Position numbers and translations under genes: made by a program
Shown here: piece by piece, positions 10,090 through 22,142 of the stretch
Layout of the letters: each line of letters starts with the position of its first letter
How positions within the stretch are numbered: the stretch's first letter is position 1
Notes under the pieces: generated by a model
What the model saw: only the letters and a program-made list of their open reading frames with translations
The model's database searches: none
Told to the model about the DNA's origin: nothing
DNA from: Alphaproteobacteria bacterium
GTDB lineage: Bacteria; Pseudomonadota; Alphaproteobacteria; JAAXGF01
DNA: 64,000 nucleotides
NCBI GenBank assembly: GCA_963555825.3
Contig: CAUVXB020000001.1
Location: 1,664,001 to 1,728,000, forward strand
Direction: 5' to 3'

Positions 10090-13000
10090 GAGCCTATAGC
10101 TGAATCTTGACGGGGCGGTAAAAAGTTCCTGCCGATGGCGTGCTTGTACAGGTCTTTGCGGTTCGGTGAAGAATATTTGCCTGTCTCCGCGTTGCTGGTG
10201 GATAAAACCTGATATTACCTATCCTTGGCTTCTCCTTGGCTTCGTTTTTTATGGTGCGATTGCCGCGCAGCGTCGGATATTGAGGCCGAGGGCACGCAGA
10301 TTGACCACGTAGCGCATGGCCGGCATGCCGCGAATGCGTAGGTGAGCCAGGTTCATCTGGTACTTTAATCGCGACATGGTCGCTTCTATGCCGGCCCGCC
10401 ATCTGTAGACGTCGCGGAAGGCATCGCTTTGTTCATAAAGCCGGCGCTTTTGGTTGGCAGCCCTGGCCGGGGTATATTGAAAGCGGGAAAATTGGCCGTC
10501 ACGCTTGGCCGCCTGCACGGGACATCGCAGTATATCGGGACATTTTTGGCAGATGGAGAGGTCGAAACGGGCCTGCAGCTTGGCTTTGGCGAGCGAGGCT
10601 GAAACCGGTTCGACGTTATTGGGACAGCGCAAGACCAAGCCTTCTTCGTTGAGAGTGAAATCCTCCAACGTCAACCGTCCCGAGACGGCGCCTTTCGGCG
10701 GTCGTGCGGGCGCCACGAGATTGATGTTCTGTTCGCGCGTCAGAGCCATGTTGTCACTGGAACCGTAATGTGAATCACCCAGCATCACCGCCGGCGTCAG
10801 CGCGCGCTCGCTCAGATCATCCAGCGCATCGGCCAAGCGATGGCCGTCATGCACCGTCATCTTGTGGACCTCCACGTGGGTGATGAGGTCCGGTGTCGCG
10901 GCAACCGCCTCGTTACTGACATCTTCACAATAGGTTTCGACGATCTGCGCCATGTATCCTTGACCCTTGTGCGCGTTGTAGCTCGCGTCCGGGTCGGCCG
11001 GATTGCCGACGGTATCGCACGGCACATCCTTTGGATCTCGAATCGCGGCGCGCGTTGCGTCACGATCGCCACACTCATCATCAACGATCTCGAACTGATC
11101 GCGCAGAACCCTCTCCAGGATCGCAAAACTGAAAAGCTTTGCCGCCGCCGTGTCACGGAATTGCAGCACCAGGGCTAGGAGATACTGACCCGCTTCGCCG
11201 AGGCGCCGTTTTGAAACACTCGGCGCCGTATTCGCGAACGCGCCATTACCCTCGCGATCGACATAGCGGCGGATCACCTCCTTGCTGATCTGCTCGTGCA
11301 GACCGGGATGATATCGCTCAAGCTCACGGGCAAACTTCGAGATGCTCTCAACAACGATACCAAGTCGTGTCAGCGCCCGCATTGCCGAACGAAGGGCCGT
11401 CGAATCCATGCGTTGGTGGCTGGTATCGACAGAGAACCCCTGCACCAGCCGATCCGTCAAACACCGGAACAGCAATTCATCGAGACCTTGTTCGATAAAC
11501 AGACGGCGATAGTTGCGCAGGGTTTTCTCACAGAAATAGCTGTCCGCTTCGCTGCGCACGTCCAAGGCATAGTGCCACGCCATATTGAAGGCCAGGGCCT
11601 CGACGGTCTCTGCATCGCTCAGATCGTGCAGCTGCTGCAAAAGCAAGACCCCGATGACAACGTGTAGATCCTTCGATGGTCGGCCCATGCGTTCATCAAG
11701 GTGACGGCAAAGATCGTCAACCGGAAGTTCGACAAGCAGATGGTTCCGAAAAACCCCGGCCCAGGATTGCTCCATCAGGCGCCGACGTTTGTCCCCGAAA
11801 TCGGACCAGCGATCAAACAATTCCCCGGTCCGTCGGTCGCGTAAAGTAAACATGCACAATTATAACCCAGCCGACTCTCATGAGGAATCGACTTTTTACC
11901 AGCGTCGAATCTTGGTGATGGAGAATGAAGGCGGCGTATCCTGGCGTTGATGAAGACGCCAATTTTCCGAAGAAAGGGATACGCCATGAAAGACGATACA
12001 GTTGTTGCGTTGCGCCAGCCAGAGTCATTTTCCGACGATCCGCTGACGGAGATATTGCGCGCCGGCGCCCGGCAGTTGCTTGGCCAGGCGATTGAAGCGG
12101 AAGTTGCCGCCCATATTGAAGCCCATGCCGATTTGACCGACGCTTCGGGCCGGCGCCGTATTGTCCGTCACGGGCACATGCCGGAACGCGAGGTTCAGAC
12201 CGGGATCGGAGCTGTGACGGTGAAGCGGCCAAGAGTGCGAGACCGAGATCCACAGGCCACGGGCGGGCGCATCCGTTTCACGTCATCGATCCTGCCGCCT
12301 TATCTCAGGCGCGCCAAGTCGGTCGAGGCGCTTCTGCCCTGGCTTTATCTGAAGGGCATCTCCAGCGGCGACTTTTCGGAGGCCCTGGCGGCGCTGCTGG
12401 GACCGGACGCGCCGGGCCTGACGGCCAGCACCATTGGCCGGCTGAAAGCGGTCTGGTGGGACGAATACGAAGCCTGGCAAAAGCGCGACCTTTCGGCTCG
12501 GCGCTACGTCTATTTTTGGGCCGACGGGGTCTACTTCTCGCCTCGCATGGACCATGACAAACAGTGTGTTCTGGTGATCATCGGCGCCGACGCCATGGGC
12601 AACAAGGACATCGTCGGCATGGTCGACGGTTATCGAGAGAGCGCGCAAAGCTGGAAGGAACTGCTGCTTGATCTCAAGCGCCGGGGCTTGGAGACCGGCC
12701 CCGAGTTGGCCGTCGGCGACGGCGCCTTGGGCTTCTGGAAGGCGCTACGCGAGGTTTACGGAGAGACCAGGGTGCAGCGTTGCTGGGTCCACAAGACCGC
12801 CAACGTGCTCAACCAGATGCCCAAATCCCTGCAGGCCAAAGCCAAGGGCCATCTGCACGACATCTGGATGGCCGAGACTAGGGCCGACGCCGAAGCCGCC
12901 TTCGACTTCTTCATCGCAGCCTACGGCGCAAAATACCACAAGGCCGCAGAGCGCCTGGTCAAGGACCGTGAACGCCTGCTGAGCTTCTACGACTTCCCGG

Positions 13001-13273
13001 CCGAGCACTGGAAGCACATCCGCACCACCAACCCCATCGAAAGCACCTTCGCCACGGTGCGCCTGAGGACCGTGAAGACCAAGGGGTGCCTGAGCCGCAA
13101 GACGGCGCTCGCCATGGCCTTCAAACTGATCTTGAGTGCCAGGCGGAAATGGCGGAAGCTGGACGGATCAAATCAACTCGCCGAACTCGTCGAAGGAGTG
13201 CCGTTCAAGGACGGAATCAAGATAACCAAACACGCCGCCTGATAGCTCCGTCACCAACTTTCGGACATAGCTC
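10090..13273 (+). mobile_element. IS256-family element, type A, copy 1; transposase 11986-13242; left TIR split by an IS1182-like element
   Basis: Mutator DDE motifs (WADG, GDGALG, QRCWVHK, RTTNPIES); ends GAGC(C)TATAG.../...CATAGCTC; 9-bp TSD CTACTTAGA. Confidence 0.93.
10109..11906 (-). mobile_element. IS1182/IS5-like element, copy 1; transposase 10249-11859 (536 aa)
   Basis: DUF772-like N-terminus (GRPS...LQQLHDLSD), DDE core, CxxC...C, YRWRAGIEATMSRLK; TIR GACGGGGCGGTAAAAAGT; TSD GAATCTT. Confidence 0.88.
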
Positions 13274-13389
13274 CTACTTAGATTGCCGTAAGCAGTAGGC
13301 ACACCGAGCGACAACGCACCATTCTGGATAGTGCTCGCAGGTGGTTGGATTTTTTTGACGAACCTGTAGCGTTCGGCACGTCTGTGAGC

Positions 13390-13491
13390 GAGCTATAACC
13401 GAATCTTGTGTACGGCGTTGAAATGAAGGCGGCGTATCCTGGTGATTGTTGATGTCACCACTTGAGCTAAGCCAAGGAAGGATACGCCATG
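13390..13491 (+). mobile_element. Orphan left end of IS256 type B (unoccupied GAATCTT site), truncated at its ATG by IS21
   Basis: Identical to 45038-45055 joined to 46864-46947. Confidence 0.9.
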
Positions 13492-13682
13492 TGTCAATGG
13501 CGGAGCAAAAAGGGACCACCTCGGCGGTGTAAGAAGGGACCGCTTGGCGGCTGCGGGCTTGTCCCCGTAGTCCACGGGAGGGCCCCGCGCGCGACGCGGC
13601 GTGCCCTCAACAGGCTGACGCGGCGGCGCGCGCGGGAGGGACCTGTGGGCCCACGGGGTCAAGCGTGGGCTGGGTGGTCGGT

Positions 13683-14447
13683 TCAGTTAGCAGTCGGGGT
13701 TTGACGCCTGCGGCTCTGGTTGAGCCTGTAGCTGTCACCGTTCATCTCGAGGATGTTGACGTGGTGGGTGAGGCGATCGAGGAGCGCGCCGGTGAGGCGC
13801 TCGGAGCCGAACACCTCGGTCCATTCGTCGAAGGGCAGATTGGTGGTGACCAGGGTCGAGCCCCGCTCGTAGCGTTGGCTGAACACCTCGAACAACAGCT
13901 CGGCGCCGGTCTTCGACAGCGGCACGAAGCCGAGTTCGTCGACGATCAGAAGCTTGTAGGTGGCGAGCTTCTTCTGGAACCTCAGCAGCTGCTTGTCATC
14001 GCGGGCCTCGATGAGTTCGTGGACCAGCGCGGCGGCGGTGATGAAGCCGACCGAGAGGCCCTTCTGGCAGGCCGCCAGGCCGAGACCGAGGGCGATGTGG
14101 GTCTTGCCGGTCCCACTGTTGCCGAGCGCGATGAGGTTCTCGCGGCGCTCGATGTACTCGCAGCGGGCCAGCTCCAGGACCAGCGCCTTGTTGAGCGAGG
14201 GGATGACCTTGAAGTCGAAGCTGTCGAGGCTCTTGACCACGGGGAAGCGCGCCGCCTTGATGCGCCGCTCGACCATGCGGCGCTCGCGGTCGATCAGCTC
14301 GAGCTCGGCGAGTCTCAACAGGTAGCGGACGTGATCGACGCCTTCCGAGGCGCACTGCCGGGCGATCTTGTCGTACTCGCGCAGGAAGGTCGGCAGCTTC
14401 AGCGTCTTGAGGTGGTGGGCGAGCAGCACTTGCGGTGTGTCGGTCAT
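13683..14447 (-). CDS. istB: IS21 helper ATPase
   Basis: GNSGTGKT, LLIVDELG, LLDRLTHH; ATGA overlap with istA. Confidence 0.95.
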   Translation of the reverse strand: MTDTPQVLLAHHLKTLKLPTFLREYDKIARQCASEGVDHVRYLLRLAELELIDRERRMVERRIKAARFPVVKSLDSFDFKVIPSLNKALVLELARCEYIERRENLIALGNSGTGKTHIALGLGLAACQKGLSVGFITAAALVHELIEARDDKQLLRFQKKLATYKLLIVDELGFVPLSKTGAELLFEVFSQRYERGSTLVTTNLPFDEWTEVFGSERLTGALLDRLTHHVNILEMNGDSYRLNQSRRRQTPTAN

Positions 14448-17283
14448 GCGCCGAGCCCCGACAGCAGGCTCATGTACGACTTGGCGGACGTCATCGCGAC
14501 CCGGGCGCGCGGCAGATACGGATAGACGTCGAGGTTGAGCCTGGGCGGCCGCCGCTCGATGCGGCACAGTACCAGGTGCTTCACCGCATCAAAGCCGATT
14601 GCGCCGAGCCGCAGGGCGTCGCCGACCGCACCCTCGACCTCCTCGAGCCGGAAGGTCTCCAGTAGACGGAGCACCTGGACGTACTCGCGCTTGCCTGCCT
14701 TGCCCATACGAGCTTCGAGGAGCCGCCGCAGAGTGATGAAGGCCTCGGGCAGGTCCCAGCCCGCCAATGGCGCGGCCTGGTCGAGGGCGCCGATCTTCTG
14801 CTCGATCAAGGGCAGGTAATGCAGCGGGTCGAAGATCAGGTCCTCGCTGTCGTAGGACCGGCGGTGCCGGGCGATCACCTCGGCCCCGCAGCTGATCACC
14901 ACCTCATCGACGTAGCCCCGGATGAGCACCTCACGGTGGCCGTAGGCCACGGGCACGGAATAGTCGTTGCTGCGGTAACGCACCAGCGACAGCGAACTCG
15001 CCCGTCCAGGGCGCTTATCGCAGGCATCATAGGGAGCAGGCGGCAATGGCAAGAGAACTTGACGATCCCGCTCGAGACGCTCGCCGATGGTCTCCTTGTG
15101 GCCCCGCAGCCGCGCCGCCTGGCGCCGGCGGCACTGTTCGGCGAGAGCATCGTTGAGGGCCGCGAAGCTCTCGGCACGCGGGACGGGGACCAGGAAGTTC
15201 CGCCGGATGAAGCCGACCAGTCCCTCGACCTTGCCCTTGTCGTTGCCCTTGCCCGGCCGGCCGAACCTGTCCTCGAACAGATAGTGGGACTGAAGCTCCG
15301 TGAAGACGCGCGTTCGCTGCCGCTTCCCATCGCCCAGGATCCGGGCAACCGCCAGCTTGGTGTTGTCGTACAGGATGGATCGGGGGACGCCGCCGAAGAA
15401 GGCAAACGCCGCGTTGTGGCCATCGCAGAATGCTTCGGTCGTCTCCGCCGGATAGGCCGCAACAAAGCAACCATCACTGTGGGGAAGGTCGAAGGCAAGG
15501 AAGTGGATCTTCCGTAACGCGCCGCCGATCACCGCCATCGCTTCGCCGAAGTCCGCCTGGGCGTGACCGGGGGAATGGGAGAGTGGCACGAACACTGAGG
15601 TGGTCCCAGAAAATCGGACAGGGAGCTAAGGTGTATTCCACCGGATAACGGAGGAATACGAGATGACGAATCGACGCCGGTTTACGGCGGAATTCAAGGC
15701 CCGGGTGGCGCTGGAAGCGCTGCGGGGCGACAAGACGATCCAGCAGATCGCGGCCAAGCACAAGGTGCATCCGAACCAGGTGAGCGCCTGGAAGCGCCAG
15801 GCGGTGGACGGTCTGGGCGAAGTGTTTTCGAACGGCGCCAACCGCGCTTGCCGGGATCATGAATCCGAGGTCCGCGACCTTCACGCCAAGATCGGCGAGC
15901 TGACGGTGGAACGGGATTTTTTAGCCAGAGGGCTCAAGCGATGAGCCGGGGGGAGCGCAAGGCGATGATCACACGCGACGCCCCCGAGCTGAGCTTGAGC
16001 CGTCAATGCCGCCTGCTTTCGATCGGCCGGTCCTCGTTCTATTATGCGCCCAGGGGGGAGAGCCCTTCGAGTCTGGCGCTGATGCGTCGGATCGACGAGT
16101 TGTTCATGAAGTACCCGTTCTACGGCAGCCGCCAGATGGTCCGCCAGTTGCGGCGGGACGGCGTTTGCGTCGGCCGTCACCGGGTTCGCAGGTTGATGCG
16201 ATTGATAGGCCTGGAGGCGATCTATCAGGCGCCGAGAACCAGCGTGCCGCATCCCATGCACCGGATTTATCCTTATCTTCTCAAAGGGATGGCTATCGAC
16301 CAGCCCAATCGGGTCTGGTGCGCCGACATCACCTATATCCCCGTCCAGCGTGGCTTTCTGTACCTGGTAGCGATCATGGACTGGGCGACGCGCCACGTTT
16401 TATCCTGGCGGCTGTCGAACACCATGGACGCTGGATTCTGCGCCGAGGCCTTGGGCGACGCGCTGGCCCGCTACGGCCAGCCGGAGATATTCAATACGGA
16501 TCAGGGCAGCCAGTTCACCAGCCTCGACTTCACCGGCGTGCTCAAGAACGCGAGCATCCGCATCTCCATGGACGGTCGGGGCCGCTGCATGGACAACATC
16601 TTCATCGAGCGCCTGTGGCGGTCTCTCAAGTATGAGGCGGTCTACCTACACGAGCTCACCGACGGCTTCCACGCCGAACGGGTCATCGGCGAGTGGATCG
16701 GCTTCTACAACACCGAGCGGCCCCATTCGTCCCTCGACGGTCAAACGCCGGCCGAGGCCTACGGGGCCGGTCAACCTGTGGATATGATGGACAAGGCTCG
16801 CGCCTTGCCCACATCCCCACAGGCTCAACAACAGCAACAGGATGTGATAAAAAGGATTTTGGCAGCATGATCAAACAACGGAATACACCTTAACCGCGCT
16901 GCCAAACTGTCCAACAAAGTGGGACCACCTCACACCTCACGCGACCGAAGCCCCTGCTCACGAACGTAGTCCTTCACGATGGTGTAGCCGCCCGTGAAAC
17001 CGTACTCGTCCCGGAGGCGGTCGAAGATGCGCTTCGCAGTGTGCCGTTGCTTGCGGTGGCTGGTCCGATCGTCTTCCAAGATCCGATCGATGATTCCCGT
17101 GAACGGACCCAGCTTTGGCCGCCTCGGCGGCGCGCTTCGGCGATACCCTGGCGGCACCGAGAACGACAGCATCTTACGGACCGTCTTGCGGTCTACACCA
17201 AACACCCGCGAGGCCTCGCGGGTGCTCATCCCCTCGACATGACACGCCCGCCGAACCCGTGCGTACAACTCCACCCGATACAT
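14444..17283 (-). pseudogene. istA: IS21 transposase split by IS3 (5' part 16933-17283, 3' part 14444-15595)
   Basis: MYRVELYARVRRAC...; AQADFG, LYDN, KGKVE motifs. Confidence 0.92.
15596..16932 (+). mobile_element. IS3-family element, intact copy (orfA 15663-15944, orfB 15941-16870)
   Basis: TIR TGAGGTGGTCCC; 3-bp TSD CAC; WCADITY, TDQGSQF, IERLWRSLKYE; T6 run before the ATGA overlap. Confidence 0.95.
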
Positions 17284-17404
17284 CCCCCCCGCCTTCCAGT
17301 CAGAGCAACCCTGACAGAAGGCTATACGCGGTCCCATTTTGGTCCGCCGCAGCCGGATCGACCGGCCGCTTCAGTGGGGGATTATTGCTCTGCCGTTCTC
17401 AGGT

Positions 17405-17525
17405 AACCGGACATCAAGGGTCGCCATTGGGAGATCCGCGCAGCCGTGGTCCGCTTTCGAGCGGAAAGCGGACGTTGCGGCGTGGCGCGCCTAATGTCTC
17501 CTCATAGCCAGCAGCGGGCATTGCG
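17405..17525. repeat. Palindromic GTCCGCTTT...AAAGCGGAC / CGGACAT-type dispersed repeat cluster
   Basis: Hairpin GTCCGCTTT-N7-AAAGCGGAC near 17449-17473; similar CGGACAT words at ~48551 and ~50225. Confidence 0.45.
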
Positions 17526-17653
17526 CGCAGACAAATTTGATGATTCAGAAAATCGCAAAGCGCGCTGTCGTCGTGCAGCACAAATCAGCGACGATCAGTT
17601 TCCCACAGCTACACCAATCATGAAGAGTGAGGTGGTCCCACTTTGTTGGACAG

Positions 17654-19073
17654 TGTATCGCACCCGGTTCCTTGGACACAAGTTTGTCTCATGCGGCGGG
17701 CCTGAGTGACATCGCGGTGTGCCACGCCTGACGAGCTTGAGCGGGGCTCAGGTAGCCGTTCTTCTCCACGATCCACTGGGCATTGTACTGTTCGACGAAC
17801 CCGCGGACGGCGTTCCGCAGCTCCGCGATGTTGCGGTAGATGCGGCCATGGATGATCTGTTCCTTGAGCGTGCGATTGAACCTCTCGGCGACGCCGTTGG
17901 TCTGGGGCTGTTCGACGAAGGCGTAGGACGGCTGGATGCCCCAGAACTTGATCTGGTTGGTGAAGTGGTCCGACAGATACTGGGAGCCGTGATCCATCCG
18001 CAAGGCCAGCCCCCGCGCCGCACCGGCGGAGGTCGAGGCATACAGCCTCGCAAGCCCCATGGAGATCGGCTGAAGGGCGGCGAAGCGGTCGCCTCGCTTG
18101 CACACATGCCAGCCGACGCACTCGGCGTTCCAATGCTCGATGGCGGTGAATATCCAGCCCCAGCCGTCGTCCACCGTGAACACCCGAACGCCGTCCGTGC
18201 CCCACATGAGGTTGGGGGCATGGGTGATGATCTCACCGACATGGGGATTTCCGCCACGGCGGCGGCAGCGATGGGGCGAGAGCAGGTTGTTCTCGCGCAT
18301 CACCCGGAGCCCCCGCTTGCGGGAAACACGGATGCCACGACAGACCCGAAGCCGAGCCCAGACCTTGCGGTGTCCCTCGCCCTCCCAGGGGGATGCCTCC
18401 AGGTCGGCCTCGATGGCCACCAGCAGAGCCTCGTCCGAGATCGAGGGCTTCGGTCCCCGGCGCTTTGCTGGTGGGCGCTCAGCGGTGGCCTGCTGCCGGG
18501 ATTTCATGGCGTAGAACGAGGAACGGGCAAAACCCCAGGCCGCACAGACCCGCTGGAGGCCGTAGGCCAAACCCGTGCCGGGAGAGGTGGCGGCACTCAT
18601 CGCCGCGACCTCCGCCGCCCCAAAGGGCCGGACGTCTCCGTCTTGGCCTCCAGCAGTTCCACCTGCATGATCAACTCCCCGATCCGCTTCATGGCGATGT
18701 CCAGTTCCGCCTTCACCGGATCGCCCTTGCGTTCCTTGAGCGAGGCATCGATCCCGGCGATCGCCTTCTCACGCCACTGCTCGAGCCGGAAAATCTCCAC
18801 GCCCAACTGCCGCGACAAAAGTTCCACCGGCTCGCCACGCAAAAGCCGCAGGGCAACCTCACGCTTGCGCGTCACCGTCCACCGCTGGCCAAGTCCCAGC
18901 GGGCCTGCCGGCGAAACCTGGCCCGGGGAAAACGTGGACGAGCCAAGCTCGCCCTCGTTTACCACAGGCCCATCAACAGCAACTTTGTTCTCAAAATTGT
19001 CGGTCATGTTCCGGTCCTCCTTGGACACTTCGATTAAGCCAATTCTGTGTCCAAGGAAATCGGGTCCGACTCA
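17654..19073 (-). mobile_element. Two-ORF IS3/IS481-like element (orfA 18597-19028, orfB 17689-18600) inserted in the IS3 TIR
   Basis: 1420 bp; ends TGAGTCGGACCCGATTTCCTTGGACACA / TGTATCGCACCCGGTTCCTTGGACACA; 15-bp TSD CACTTTGTTGGACAG. Confidence 0.92.
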
Positions 19074-19507
19074 CACTTTGTTGGACAGTTTGGCAGCGCG
19101 GTTAAGGTGTATTCCGTTGTTTGATCATGCTGCCAAAATCCTTTTTATACATCCTGTTGCTGTTGTTGAGCCTGTGGGGATGTGGGCAAGGCGCGAGCCT
19201 TGTCCATCATATCCACAGGTTGACCGGCCCCGTAGGCCTCGGCCGGCGTTTGACCGTCGAGGGACGAATGGGGCCGCTCGGTGTTGTAGAAGCCGATCCA
19301 CTCGCCGATGACCCGTTCGGCGTGGAAGCCGTCGGTGAGCTCGTGTAGGTAGACCGCCTCATACTTGAGAGACCGCCACAGGCGCTCGATGAAGATGTTG
19401 TCCATGCAGCGGCCCCGACCGTCCATGGAGATGCGGATGCTCGCGTTCTTGAGCACGCCGGTGAAGTCGAGGCTGGTGAACTGGCTGCCCTGATCCGTAT
19501 TGAATGT

Positions 19508-21408
19508 CGGGCTGTCCTAGCTAAGGGCGTTTCTGTCTCAAAATAATCCATGTCTTCAATTGGTTAAGCAGTTCTCGGTGGTCACCTCCGTTGAACCGCC
19601 ATTCGCACTCCTTGAGGAACAGGTGAAAGCTCTGTTTCGGGACGCCATTGAAGCGCCGTAAATGCCGCTTCGCCTGGTTCCAGAAGTTCTCGATCCCGTT
19701 GATATGGCTCCGCTCGTCGACGAACCGCTCCGAGTGATTGATCCGAACATGGTGGAAGTCCGAAACGTCCAGGGCATCATAGCTCGAAAAGCCGTCCGTA
19801 TAGACGATGCTGTCAGGCCGGATCATACGCTCCATAATCGGCATCAACGTGGCAGTCCGGGCATTGGGAATCATCGCCGTGTAGACCTTCCCACCTCGCT
19901 TCAAAAGCCCGAAAACCGGGACTTTTCCGCCAGCGCCTCGACCCCGCTTGCCTTTGCGGCGGCCGCCAAAATAACTCTCATCAACCTCGATCTCTCCGGC
20001 AAAAGGCGAGGCCTTCTCCATTTCCTCGGCAATCACCTTGCGAAGCCGAGTATAAAACGAGGCCGCCGTGTTCCGGTGGACGCCAACCAGTTCGGCTGCT
20101 GCCCGAGCCGTCGTACCCGCAACGAAGTGCTCAATCAGACGACCGCGCTCCAATCACTGAGCCGGCTTTTCCTCTCGTACATCCCGCCATCCTAGCCTAA
20201 GCATGCCGCTTAGCTAGTGTCCCGATTCCGAAGTTCGCATGATTTTCGCCTGCTGTTCAGCGATTTCGATTGTTCGGAGGCAGAAGCGCTGGATGGCGCC
20301 GAGGATGTCATCGGCGGATTTGGTCCATTTGAAGGGTTTGGGGTTCTGGTTTGTCGTGTCGATGTAGTCGAGGATGGTGCGCTCCAACTCCTTGGTGGAG
20401 CGATGGACGCCGCGCCTGATCTGCTTGTCGGTCAGCAGCCCGAACCAGCGCTCGACCTGGTTCAGCCAGGAGGCGCTGGTGGGTGTGAAATGGGCCTGCC
20501 AGCGCGGCCGTTTGGCGAACCAGTCGCGGATCGCCTTGGTCTTGTGGGTCCCGTAGTTGTCCATGACGATGTGGATGTCGAGATCAGCAGGGACGTTCGC
20601 CTCGACGAGGTCGAGGAATTTGCGGAACTCTCGGGCCCGATGGCGCGGCGAAACATTTGCCGATGATCTCTCCCGTGGCGATGTCGAGGGCCGCGAAGAG
20701 AGAGGTCGTGCCGTGGCGCTTGTAGTCGTGGCTGCGCCGCTCCGCCTGCCCGGGGCGCATCGGCAAGAGGGGCTGGGAACGGTCCAGGGCCTGGATCTGG
20801 CTCTTTTCGTCGACACAGAGAACCAGGGCACGATCCGGCGGCGCCAAATACAGACCGACGATGTCGCGGACCTTCTCCACGAAGAAGGGATCGCTCGACA
20901 GCTTGAAGGTCTCCGAGCGATGCGGCTGCAAGCCGAAGGCCCGCCAGATGCGATGAATGGTCGAGGGCGCGTGGCCGCTCGCCCGCGCCATCGAGCGAAG
21001 GCTCCAATGGGTCGCGTCCGGCGGCGTCTCTTCCAGCGTCAGCCGGACCGCTTCCGCGATGGCGTCATCGCCGATTTGACGCGGCGCGCCGGGGCGGGGT
21101 TCGTCGTACAGACCGTCGAGGCCCTCCGCCGCATAGCGGCGACGCCACTTGCCCACGGTGTCCGCGCTCGCCTCGAGACGAACGGCGATCTCCTTGTTCT
21201 CCAACCCTTCCGCCGCCGCCAAGACGATCCGAGCCCGCCGCGCAAGCCCCTGCGACGTCTTGCGACGACGAGACAGCGCCTCCAATTCGGCGCGCTCGTC
21301 ATCGCTCAAAGAGATCGTCACCGCCACTCTCGCCATCAATCGCGCCTCCTAAAAACAAATAGAGACATAATCATATCAATTTATCGATCAGGACACTAGG
21401 ACAGCCCC
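19508..21408 (-). mobile_element. IS1595-family (IS1016-like) element; transposase 19521-20182 with a 5' frameshift; one TIR split by IS630
   Basis: EVDESYFGG, YTD, HINGIENFW; TIR GGGCTGTCCTAGCTAAG; 8-bp TSD TTGAATGT/TTGAATAT. Confidence 0.88.
20214..21399 (-). mobile_element. IS630 type A, copy 2 (1-nt insertion frameshift near 20648)
   Basis: Otherwise identical to 2214-3398; CTAG at both ends. Confidence 0.93.
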
Positions 21409-22142
21409 TTGAATATCTCCGGCTGGCCGTAGCGGGCCAGCGCGTCGCCCAAGGCCTCGGCGCAGAATCCAGCGTCCATGGTGTTCGACAGCCGCCAGGA
21501 TAAAACGTGGCGCGTCGCCCAGTCCATGATCGCTACCAGGTACAGAAAGCCACGCTGGACGGGGATATAGGTGATGTCGGCGCACCAGACCCGATTGGGC
21601 TGGTCGATAGCCATCCCTTTGAGAAGATAAGGATAAATCCGGTGCATGGGATGCGGCACGCTGGTTCTCGGCGCCTGATAGATCGCCTCCAGGCCTATCA
21701 ATCGCATCAACCTGCGAACCCGGTGACGGCCGACGCAAACGCCGTCCCGCCGCAACTGGCGGACCATCTGGCGGCTGCCGTAGAACGGGTACTTCATGAA
21801 CAACTCGTCGATCCGACGCATCAGCGCCAGACTCGAAGGGCTCTCCCCCCTGGGCGCATAATAGAACGAGGACCGGCCGATCGAAAGCAGGCGGCATTGA
21901 CGGCTCAAGCTCAGCTCGGGGGCGTCGCGTGTGATCATCGCCTTGCGCTCCCCCCGGCTCATCGCTTGAGCCCTCTGGCTAAAAAATCCCGTTCCACCGT
22001 CAGCTCGCCGATCTTGGCGTGAAGGTCGCGGACCTCGGATTCATGATCCCGGCAAGCGCGGTTGGCGCCGTTCGAAAACACTTCGCCCAGACCGTCCACC
22101 GCCTGGCGCTTCCAGGCGCTCACCTGGTTCGGATGCACCTTG

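Larger units (their letters stand above)
5150..13290 (+). pseudogene. Class III adenylate/guanylate cyclase-AAA ATPase-TPR gene, multiply disrupted
   Basis: LFADIVKS...GDGIMVVFG; Walker A GEAGVGKS; TAA at 5513-5515; frameshift near 7400; IS1380 at 8083-9724; IS256 composite at 10090-13273 in the last codons (ends LLRLP* at ~13290). Confidence 0.88.
13492..17401 (-). mobile_element. IS21-family element, interrupted by IS3
   Basis: TG...CA ends TGTCAATGGCGGAGCAAAAA / TGAGAACGGCAGAGCAATAA; istA-istB; no matching TSD. Confidence 0.92.

Noticed and set aside
17719-19311. Long antisense ORFs (also 858-1892, 2214-3500, 27441-28937, 31958-33286, 38160-39596, 58786-60204)
   Set aside because: Shadow frames of high-GC transposase genes, often crossing IS junctions, with no recognisable motifs
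20640-20655. Programmed frameshift in IS630 copy 2 (and in the IS1595 5' end)
   Set aside because: Single-base indels without a slippery motif; the two other IS630-A copies are intact, so mutation or sequencing error is likelier
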